Below, piece after piece: positions 52,362 through 62,337 of a stretch of 64,000 bases of DNA. Location of the stretch: assembly GCA_002104905.1 (NCBI GenBank), contig MCFE01000089.1, forward strand, positions 112,664 to 176,663, given 5' to 3'. Under the pieces are notes generated by a model. The model did no database searches, was not told the origin of the DNA, and saw nothing but the letters and a program-made list of their open reading frames with translations. Position numbers and translations under genes: made by a program. The DNA is from Basidiobolus meristosporus CBS 931.73 (taxonomy: Eukaryota > Fungi > Basidiobolomycota). Position 1 is the stretch's first letter. The number at the start of each line of letters is the position of its first letter.

Positions 52362-54136
52362 CTGACAGCACTAGATAAGCTGGCTGGAAAAAGATATACC
52401 ACCTCCGAAGGATATCACCCTCTATTTAAATCCTACATTCAACATGTTTGAATCCCTGCTGTCTCAAACAGCTTGGATTCCATCATAATAGAACTATAGT
52501 GGCTGTCATTCGTACTCTTGGAGTGTGACACCCACATGACCTTGTCCGGATCAGTCCACACTTCACAGGTGTAATGCTTCTGCCTGCAAGCAAGTAGTCT
52601 CCACCATGGGAAGTTGTGGGATAGAGCAAAGTACGGAACTTCAAGAAACAATATACAGTGGCGGATGCTACATGGCGTGACTATCATCTGGTCCTCAAAA
52701 GGGTAACCAGCCATAGCACTTACCAGTCGGGATCTTCTCTCCAACCCGTCGCCATCTATTCGATCTCACAAGGTAGGTTTAGAATTAACCATATCGAGTC
52801 TCTGCCTTACGGCCACTAACAGGCGCCTATTAAAGCCAACCATCACGGAATCCACCCGATTCACCTCAACTGAGCGGGACAAAGCCTCCCTAAATGATGG
52901 CGTTGATATATGAGCAATGGATCACATCCAGGTTTAAATGGTGCAAACCAACTTGCGCGTCTTGTGCCATTATTTCATCATATGCGCTAAGAATTTCCTG
53001 ATGCCAATCCACACACGCAACTTGACTCAAAACCACTGTTGAATTTCGAAATATTTCCCAGAATGATGCAAACCGTTTAAGCCTACAGGGTCGTCATGAT
53101 CAGGGCTTAGCCATTCAACCACCCATACTGTTTGGATTTGGCTTTATCCCACTCCTTGTCACAAAAAACTCAAGATTTCTCCCGAACCAATCTTCCCTGA
53201 CAATATTCTCGCTGCTCACTAAGCTTATGCCAATATTTTTGATACAATGTCAAAGGATACGCTAAGGGTTAGGGGGGAGACAGTCACCAACAGGTGAAAT
53301 CTTTATTTCAGTTGAAACAAAGAAGCCAGTGCTACTGTTGTATCTTTGATACAAGGGTGTGTAGCTGAGGGAAATCTATAGGTAAGTTAATAAGAAGTGA
53401 TGATAGTTCTTCAGTGCTCAAGATGCTGTTCATTGGGAAGGGGGGTAGCAAGAGGGGTAAGAACTATTAGTAAATAACATTGATAAAAGGAATATGATAA
53501 GGATTGATATTCATAATAAAGGGAGTGTGCTGCTTCAGATATTGCTGCTAAAGGTCTGTCAAGTACTTCAGGTAGGCCAGCCTGCATTTTTCCAACTGCA
53601 GAATATAATGAGCAAACTTCTTGACTTCAGGATCTCCAAGTATAGTTCTCCAGCAGGAGCCAGGTGTAGTGTGGTGTGTTCTCTTCCATGCCTTAATCAG
53701 TGGGTTGTTGCAGTGGTGAAGTCTGAGATATAATCTGGTTCTGAGGTAGAGAAGTCTGATCTTATAGGGCATAAACCCAAAAGCACCAAGAATAGCATGT
53801 CTGTAGGGGCATTCAGGCAAATGAGGCACCAAGGAGGTAATGCACCATACTGCAAATTTGTCAAGCTTAGTGCAGTCTCTAGTAGTAAGAGAGAGAAGTG
53901 GTAAGCCAAATTCCAGGACAGGGAAGACAAACTGCTTGAGTAGAAGGAGGCAGCTGGGAGCTGAAGTTGTAGGAGGAGTAACAGCCAGTAGCTTGTGGAG
54001 TGCCTGTCTTGCCAGGATAATTCTCTTCTTCAGGTGTGCTCCAGAGTCTAGTCCAGTAGGAAGGAAAGGAAAGCCAAGATATGTAGCAGAAACTTGAGCA
54101 AGTAGAGTGCAGTTCTCTAAGTTGATAGGACAGCCC

Positions 54137-55582
54137 TGCTGTAAGAGTCTTGGAGATATTGGAAGTGATTGGGAGGACAAGTAGATTATGTGGTTTTCAC
54201 TTAATGATTTATTGAATGTAAAAGTAGTATTTATACTTTACATGGCCTTGGCATCAAAAACGTGTAGCATAGGTTAAGGAAAATCCTAAGAGCATGTGTG
54301 CAAAGTTTGGGGCTGTTTGGACAACTTTGAGAATTTTCATCTTCTGGGTACCTGGTATTTTGGTGAAAATATTCTAAGCAAATCCCAACAAGGAATTTGG
54401 CCAGTATTCTCCAGGATTTGAAGGTAATGATCCAAGTGACTAAGTTAGGTGAATGTTAAGGTGGAATTACAAATTTTTACAACACTCCCACCCAGCTCAA
54501 TGTTCATACTGACTAGTCCTAATTTTGACTTAAGATATTCAAACTTGTCTCTAGCTAATGGTTTGGTAAATATGTCTGTAATCAGTTCATCTGTAGGACA
54601 GTAAACTAAGCTAGCTAGGTTATTCTCTGTAGCTTCACATATGAAATGATATCTAATATCTATGTACTTAGTTCTAGCATGAAAAGTTGGATTTCTACCT
54701 CATTGTATACATCATTGATTATCTTGAAATAAAGTAATAGGTGTTTTTTGACATTGGCCTAAATCTGTAAAAAGCTTTCTTAACCACACTGCATCTTTTG
54801 TGGCTTCACAGGCTGCCATGTACTCTGCCTCTGTGGTAGAAAGTGCTACAGTTGGTTGCTTTCTTGCTCCTTTACAGTAAAGAAAGATGTATCCTATGGT
54901 GGATCTTCTGTCCTCTAAGTTTTGTCCCCAATCAGCATCAGAGTATCCCACAAGATCCTGTTGTGAATCCTTATAAGTGTATCTTAAGCAGATATCAGCA
55001 GTTCCTTTAAGGTATCTAAAAATCTGCTTAACTGCTGCAATATGATCAGATCCATAGTTCTGGTTATGTTGGCTGACAACTCCCACTGAATATGAGTTAT
55101 CTGGACATGTTCCAAGGATGATATACATTAGACTGCCAGCCATAGATTGATCAGGAAAGTCAGGGCTTTCAGATGGCACCAAGTTCTCTTGATTTGGTTG
55201 AGTTCTGACCAAGTTAAGGTTTGTCTCTGTTGGAGTAGCTGCCAGTTTACAGTCTTCCATTTGGTACATCTTTGTAGATCTTGAATATACTGGGACTGGC
55301 TTAGAGTGATAGTCTGGGTACTTCTGTCTATAGAGAACTTAATCCCTAAATTGTAACTGAGCTCTCCTAGATCAGACATCTTGAACTCCTTAGATAGGCT
55401 GGACTTAGTCTCTCCCAATGTTTCTAGGTTGATGGTGGCTATAATAAGATCATCCACATATAGAGCTAATAGAACTGGATTTGCTCTATCTGGCTTATAA
55501 TATATACTATAGTCAGCATTACTCCTTTTGAAACTCAAAGATTCCAAATAACAATCTATCTTGCAATTCCAGGCTGTTGTAT
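54137..55582 (-). mobile_element. Copia 3' half: RT/RNase H, PPT and 3' LTR (54137-54484)
   Basis: AWNCKIDCYL, LALYVDDLII, MSDLGELSYNLGI, LVGYSDADWG..DRRST and VALSTTEAEYMAACEA. The LTR belongs to the family at 13.9-17.5 kb. Confidence 0.9.
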
Positions 55583-57604
55583 CCAAGAGAAAAGTGTAAT
55601 AAAACTCTTGAATGAGTTAACTGAACCTAAGTGATAACTAAGTGCAGAATCTTAGAATTGTCAAGGGTGACAGAAATATTAGCAGAGAAGTTCTGGTCTA
55701 ATATTGGTTTTGTATATAGTTGAGTTGGGCTGTAAATGCAACAAAGTTGGTTTGCTATACAGGCTATGTTATGAATAGACACAAGGCAGGAGAGTAGAGC
55801 TAGGCAAGGCAGGACCAGGAAAGGACTTCTTGTTGGGGCAGGACTTGGCAAAGTGACCTGGTTGGCCACAGTATAGACAGAGGTTGGCTTGTTGACGTCT
55901 GGACTTTTCACTCTTTGATAGTTTCTTGTATTTGGCACTATCAATCTGCATAGGATCTTCTGGAGTGACTTGGGGAGCAGGAGGGGCTGGGACTGCAACA
56001 GGAATGTGTCTTTGACGGTTCTTTTGCTTCTTCTGGAATAGTCTGTTATCACATCGGATTGCTTGGTGCATAGCTTCAACCAATGTATCTGGATCTGGGA
56101 GTGTGAGTAGCAGATCACAAACTTCATCATTGAGGCCATCTTGGAATTGGCTAATCAAGGCTGCTTGACCCCAGGAGCTGAGGTCACTGGAGAGTTGTCA
56201 GAATTCTGAGGCATAGACTGATACTGGTTTGTTCCCTTGCTTGAGGGTCTTGATCTTGTTGGCAGCAGTTCTGGCTTGGTCAAGGTTGCCAAATGTTAGC
56301 TCCATTTCAGTGAGAAAAGCTTGGTAGTCTCTGAGGAGGGGAGAGTTGGTCTCCACTAATGGGGAGAACCACTTGAGAGCTGTACCAGTAAGCAGGTTGG
56401 AGATGAAACCAACTTTGGACTGGTCAGTGGGGTACCAGTTTGGCTGGAGTGCAAGATTGTTCTTCACCATATTGATGAAGCCACGGAATTCATTCTGAGA
56501 GCCTTTGAACTTGGTAGCAGGAGAATACTTGGGTTCTTGGTAGACTGGGACATGGCTAGTTTGCTGGACACTTTGGTTCTGGAACTGAGCAAGAGTATTT
56601 CTGAGGTCTGCATGGTCTTGCTGCAGTTGGGTAAAGGCAGCCATGAGCTGGGCAAAGTTCAGCTCTAGGTTGGACATGGTAGCAGAGGAAGGTGGATGAA
56701 CTTGCAAGGAATACTGGAATATACTAAACTAGGCTGTGGGTTTGTAAAGCCACTAGTATGTCAAGAATACAACTATTGAGCCACAATCCCCAACTTAAAT
56801 AAGTTAGCATCACTTCAGAAGGTACTGGTTTCAACGTCCTTTGATAGAGTATTGTACTAAAGCTTCTAATACTGTAACAACTGTAAACTCCACCAGCAGG
56901 GTAATAAAGTGAATGCAGCTTTGACCAATAGTTTTACAAAGATAAAGTATCTTTGCCTTTATAGGACAAGACTAGGGAAAGATGATGGGTGATACTTACG
57001 GTGAGTATTCCTTTTACAAGTTTTCTTCAAACTTTGGGCAGAAGGCAGGGATCCACAGGTAAGTCAGGACAGTCTAATAAAACTGTTATGAATAGACACA
57101 AGGCAGGAGGTAAAGCTAGGCATGGCAAGAAAGGACTTAGGTGTGGACCATCAAGGCAAGGCAGGATTCAAGGCAAGGCTGTTTATTCAAGACCTGTGTT
57201 TATCAGACTGAGGAATACTTAAGGGGGGATAGGACTATATATACTTTTTGGCTATACTGATGCCGAGAGATATTAGCTAATACTAATGGGGTTGTGGGGT
57301 GAGGCACAGCAATGGTGCTGGGGATAATGACATAGATGACACAACACTGAGACAGGATGGGGAAATGGATTGGGTCACCTGATCATGTGACTAAGTCATG
57401 TGACCTGGTATTTCCATATATGGTACTGGACTATGAAAAATACAATGGAAAGCTTCCATGGAATGTTCCATTGTGTAACAATGGTTTGGAATGGTCGGGA
57501 ACTTTCTGGAAGGTGGTAGAAGGTTCCAGAAGGAATCTCTTAGAAATTGAGCTAGGAAGCTGAAACTTGGCATGAGTGTTCATGGTTGTCATGTGATCAT
57601 GACA
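55583..57604 (-). mobile_element. Gypsy 5' half: 5' LTR (56759-57604), gag with CCHC knuckle, start of protease
   Basis: TGTCA..TGACA LTR. Gag reads KFKGSQNEFRGFIN..LLTGTALKWF..IKTLKQG..YASEF*, GLNDEV, PMQID and CLYCGQPGHFAKSC. Confidence 0.88.
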
Positions 57605-58305
57605 GCTGTTCTGTTGAAGGTAACTTCCTGGAAGAGGGCCTCATTGCCCTGTAGAGTCTTGACACTGTTCTTGTTATAGAGTTGGAAGATTGCAGAGGCA
57701 AACAACTCAAAATAGGGTCCCAGAGCTGAGTATGCAGAGTGTGGTGAATTACCTTGGAGTGGTGTCTGCCTGTCAGGAGGAGTTTTGCTGTTTTTGGGTT
57801 AGGGAAACTCAAGCAGCTTTGTTGCAGGGCTGATACAATAGATTCACATTTTCTTGAGGTAACAGCAACAGTCTTACATGGCAATGAGAGAGAGGTAGAG
57901 ACCAGAATCAGATGCTTCACAAAGAGCCAGGCATAGTTGAGATCATCTGGCAGAGAAAGTAGCAAACTGGCAAGCTTCAAGTAGTTCCCAAAGTTAGGGT
58001 GTAGGTGTTATAGTAAGGGCTAGGAAAAGGTTAGAAGAGCAGGGGGTCTGGGGGATGCAGTCCCCTAGAGAATAAAAAAGCAGGGGGTTTGGGGGATGCA
58101 ATCCCCCATACTGCTCCCATACTCTTTGAATTCCCTTTGGATTACTTTTTTCTATTCTTGGTTCTGGTCCCTTAGGGTAGGGGAGGGAAAGTCACCAAGG
58201 TAGGTGAAATCTTTATTTGATTTCAGACAAGTCTAACTACAAATAAAGAAGCCAGCTGGGAATAGAAGATTCCCAAAGTAAACACTAAGTTGAATATGAA
58301 TAAAT

Positions 58306-59034
58306 CTAAGCTAAAGTTAAGGCAGTATCCCAGAGTACACTGGAGTTCAGGTTCATGGGGGAGTGAAGTAGATAAGCTTGAGAGATATAATAATCTTTTA
58401 AGAAGTGGGTAACAGCAGGTGAAGGGGAGTTTTTGATAAGTGAAGTGAATCTTGAGATCAGAGATTCCTCTAATGAGAAGGTCTTGTAAACTGGAGAATC
58501 AGGAAACTCTTTGAAGGCATGGTCAGTAGGTTCCCAGTAAAACTGGTCAGAGACATTTTGAGAGAATTGTTTAGCAATACTTTTGTCAAGTACTACCTCC
58601 AGAGTGTGATGGTTGATAAATCTCATGTTGACAATCTTGGATAAGTTGTAACCTTGTTGCTTGAGATACATCCTATGCTCAGATATAGGAATAAACTCCA
58701 CATTGGCAAAGTAGCAGACAGCCCAGTCAGTAGCAGGAGGCAAATCAGAAGTGGCAGGAAACTTTCTTTTGGTCTTGGGAGGAGCAGCAGGATGTCTTGA
58801 GGAAGCAGGAACAGACTTTTTGACAACTTCAGAGTAGGAAGAGTGAGCAGGAGCAGATGATTCTTGGGGAGTCTTGTTGGCAGGAAGAGTTGGCTCAGGG
58901 ACAATAGATTCTTGCAGATCAGAGAAGGCGGAAAAGAGTTTTTGAACTTGTTTCTTGAGTAGAGCATTTTCAGCTTCAACAAGTGCAAGCCTTTCCTCAA
59001 GGAAAGAAATCTGAAGGGAATGGAGTGAAGGCAT
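58306..59034 (-). CDS. ORF1-like protein, 242 aa from the first ATG (coiled coil, Ser/Pro linker, conserved C-terminal domain)
   Basis: Uninterrupted ORF. LPPATDWAVCYF..PISEHRMYLK..LSKIVNM..TLEVVLDKSIA..LWDTA aligns with LINE ORF1 LPPASTWTVVYL..PISNIRKALK..LSRIVNL..ILEVILDQHIA..LWDSA. Confidence 0.75.
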   Translation of the reverse strand: MPSLHSLQISFLEERLALVEAENALLKKQVQKLFSAFSDLQESIVPEPTLPANKTPQESSAPAHSSYSEVVKKSVPASSRHPAAPPKTKRKFPATSDLPPATDWAVCYFANVEFIPISEHRMYLKQQGYNLSKIVNMRFINHHTLEVVLDKSIAKQFSQNVSDQFYWEPTDHAFKEFPDSPVYKTFSLEESLISRFTSLIKNSPSPAVTHFLKDYYISQAYLLHSPMNLNSSVLWDTALTLA

Positions 59035-59074
59035 AAGAAATAAGAAGAAGAGGGTAAGATGGGGTGGGTGGGTG

Positions 59075-59504
59075 GGAAAATTAGCAGGGAGAAGAGAAGG
59101 AAGGAGCAAAAATTCCAGAAGTCAGAATTTATAGATGGATGGACAAGGGTAGATGGATGGATTATTCCTGGGTTAGGAAAATTAGCAGGGAGAAGAGAAG
59201 GAAGGAGCAAAAATTCCAGAAGTCAGAATTTATAGATGGATGGACAAGGGTAGATGGATGGATTATTCCTGGGTTAGGAAAATTAGCAGGGAGAAGAGAA
59301 GGAAGGAGCAAAAATTCCAGAAGTCAGAATTTATAGATGGATGGACAAGGGTAGATGGATGGATTATTCCTGGGTTAGGAAAATTAGCAGGGAGAAGAGA
59401 AGGAAGGAGCAAAAATTCCAGAAGTCAGAATTTATAGATGGATGGACAAGGGTAGATGGATGGATTATTCCTGGGTTAGGAAAATTAGCAGGGAGAAGAG
59501 AAGG
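59075..59504. repeat. Perfect 101-bp tandem repeat, 4 full copies plus 26 bp
   Basis: Units start at 59075, 59176, 59277, 59378 and 59479 and look identical by eye. GGGTTAGG spans each unit junction. Confidence 0.95.
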
Positions 59505-59568
59505 GTTAGGGGGGAGACAGTCACCAACAGGTGAAATCTTTATTTCAGTTGAAACAAAGAAGCCAGCG

Positions 59569-62337
59569 CTACTGTTGTAGCTTTGATACAAGAGTGTGTA
59601 GCTGAGGGGAATTTGTAGGTAAGTTAATAAGAAGTGATGATAGTTCTTCAGTGCTCAAGACACTGTTCAGTGGGAAGGGGGGTAGCAAGAGAGGTAAGAA
59701 TGACTTGTGAACAACATTAATGAGGGGAATGTGATAAGGATTGATATTCATCATAAAGGGAGTGTGCTGCTGCAGATATTGCTGCCAAAGGTCTGTCAAG
59801 TACTTCAGGTAGGCCAGCTTGGGTTTTTCTGACTGCAGAATAAATTCTGCAAACTTCTTGACTTCAGGATCTCCAAGTATAGTTCTCCAGCAGGAGCCAG
59901 GTGTTGTGTGGTGTGTTCTCTTCCAGGCCTTAATCAGTGGGTTGTTGCAGTGGTGAAGTCTGAGATATAATCTGGTTCTAAGGTAGAGAAGTCTGATCTT
60001 ATAGGGCATAAACCCAAAAGCACCAAGAATAGCATGTCTGTAGGGGCATTCAGGCAAATGAGGCACCAAGGAGGTAATGCACCATACTGCAAACTTGTCA
60101 AGCTTAGTGCAGTCTCTAGAAGTAAGAGAGAGAAGTGGTAAGCCAAATTCCAGTACAGGGAAGACAAACTGCTTGAGTAGATGAAGGCAGCTGGGAGCTG
60201 AAGTTGTAGGAGGAGTAACAGCCAGTAGCTTGTGGAGTGCCTGTCTTGCCAGGATAATTCTCTTCTTCAGGTGTGCTCCAGAGTCTAGTCCAGTAGGAAG
60301 GAAAGGAAAGCCAAGATATGTAGCAGAAACCTGAGCAGGTAGAGTGGAGTTCTCTAAGGTGATGGGAGAGCCCAAAGGTACTGTCTTTGCAATGGAAAGC
60401 TGGAGATTATTCTTCTGCAGATACTGGTGGATGGTCTGGGAGTCTTGTTGCACATTGGAGGAGGATATTCTGATGTCATCAGCAAAGAGAGTAACCAGGC
60501 AGTCAGCTGAGAGTCTTGGGAAATCATTCAGGAAGATGGCAAACAGTATAGGACCAAGCACAGAGCCTTGAACCACTCCATTAGGAACTGAGAACACAGC
60601 TGATTGCTCACTTGGGTGCAGAATTCTTGCTTGTGGATCCAGAAACAGGGACCTGACAAGGAGGGTGAGAGAGGTACTGGAGAAGCATTGCAACTTGGAC
60701 CAAAGCAGATTTCTGTCAACTGAATCAAAGGCCTTAGTAATATCAAACAGAACTGAGGGATACTTGCACTGGAGAGAGTGATCTTGGCTAAGTATGACTG
60801 CATATTCCAAGGAGAGGCCAGGAACAAAGCCAAACTGTGCAGGATGAAACTTGAGGGAGTCAGAGTAGAGCTCCTGAGCAAGCAGAAGCTCAAACACCTT
60901 TCTGCAGGTGGGCAGCAGAGATATTGGCCTGTAGGAGCTAGGATCCAGGTGCTTTCCTTTACCCTTGTACAGTGGCAGAACATTTGCAAAGGACCATTCC
61001 TCAGGAGTAGAAAGCTGGGCTGAGCATTGCTGAAACAGTGGAAGCAGAAGTGCAGACATGGCCTTGGTACTAGTCTTCAGAAGCTCATAGGAGATTGTGT
61101 CCACACCTGGAGCAGTAGAGTTGGGAAGCCTCTTGAGCACATTATGGATTCTCCTTTGATCAAGTGCAAGTGGGATGGGCAGAGTCTTGAAGTCAGGATG
61201 AAAGCCAGGAGTTGAGTACTGCTTTGTAGAGAAGAAGATGTTAGCCAGCTGTTCTGTTGAAGGTAACTTCCTGGAAGAGGGCCTCATTGCCCTGTAGAGT
61301 CTTGATACTGTTCTTGTTATAGAGTTGGAAGATTGCAGAGGCAAGGAACTCATAATATGATCCCAGAGCTGAGTATGCAGAGTGTGGTGAATTGTCCTTG
61401 GAGTGGTGTATTGCTGTCAGGAGGAGTTTCTCTGTTTTTGGGTTAGGGAAACTCAGGTAGCTTTGTTGCAGGGCTGAAACAATGGATTCCCATTTTCTTG
61501 AGGTAACAGCAGTAGTCTTGCATGGCAGTGAGAGGGAGGCAGACACCAGAATCAGATGCTTCACAAAGAGCCAGGCATAGTTGAGATCATCTGGCAGAGA
61601 AAGTAGCAAACTGGCAAGCTTCAAGTAGTTCCCAAAGTCTTTCTTCTGATTCTTGGTAGCTTTGTGGGTGAGCACAGTAAGTTTTGGCAGCTTCTTCTTC
61701 ACAACTGGTTGCATAGAAAGGGACCAGGCTGGGTGGTCAGAGGCTCTCAAGGATCCTAGCTCAGCTCCAGAGAATTGCTTAACTTCATCCACAGAGTAGA
61801 GGGCAGCAGCAGAAGGGCAGATCCAGTCAACACATCTTTTCTCAGATTGAGCACCTAGTGCTAGCAGATGGCTTTCTCTCAGGAAGTTCAGTAGGAATGT
61901 AGACCTTGGCTTCATTCTTGCAGTCAGAGTAGTCTTGTTCTCAGGATGGGGAATGTTGAGATCTCCAAGCAAGATAATAGGTGTTGATATAGATTGCTGG
62001 TATTGCTGAACTTTCTGGCATATAACTTGCACTTCCTGAAGGGCAAGACTTGGAGGCAGATAGCAGAGCACCAGACTGATAGTTGGCAACTGGAGAGCAG
62101 CACAGTAAGGGGAGTAAAGAGGAACACAGAGCTGAGGAGTATTATGGTAGAAGAGATGAAGCAGATAGAGGAGGTATTCTTTGTTCTAGGAGTAGAAAAG
62201 CAATATAGATTAGTCAAAAGTATAGAGGGTAGCTGAACATCAATCAAACACAGGAGGGAAAATCTTGAAAGAAGTCTCTCTAGAGTTGGTCTTGATGGCT
62301 GTATGCTGTTGCAGTTAAGCAACAGAACTTCAGGTAG
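59569..62337 (-). CDS. ORF2: APE-type endonuclease plus non-LTR reverse transcriptase (two apparent frameshifts)
   Basis: EN motifs LLNCNSI, CYLPP, IILLGDLN, VDWI and SDH. RT motifs TAPGVDTI, VLPLYKGKG..PSSYRPISLL, QFGF, FDITKAFDSV, GVVQGSVLGPILF, FADD and TYLGF. Confidence 0.88.

Larger units (their letters stand above)
53264..57994 (-). mobile_element. Telomeric non-LTR retrotransposon, proximal copy: 5'-truncated and interrupted (pieces 53264-54136 and 57605-57994)
   Basis: The pieces align with 59502-60373 and 61248-61638 of the terminal copy and share the 3' end AAGGGTTAGGGGGGAGACAGTCACC. About 870 bp of RT are missing where the LTR material sits. Confidence 0.9.
58172..59504 (-). mobile_element. 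ORF1 (gag)-only telomeric retroelement, non-autonomous, with 5' tandem monomers
   Basis: Encodes only an ORF1 homologue. Its short 3' UTR carries the same AATAAAGATTTCACC..GGTGAC motif and a CCCCTACCCTAA tail. It lies head-to-tail with the LINE copies. Confidence 0.75.

Noticed and set aside
56740-56758. Tf1-like self-priming PBS for the gypsy at 55.6-57.6 kb
   Set aside because: The only similar segment (tactaatggg, about 57281) is imperfect and lies upstream of the putative TATA, not in the R region.
59075-59504. 101-bp repeats as a CRISPR-like array, or as coding (ORFs 59139.., 59240.., 59341..)
   Set aside because: The units are contiguous and identical with no unique spacers, in a eukaryotic context. 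The ORFs are by-products of the repeat.
61441-61448. Internal GGTTAGGG in ORF2 as an interstitial telomere
   Set aside because: A single unit inside coding sequence (FPNP), also present in the older copy; compatible with chance.
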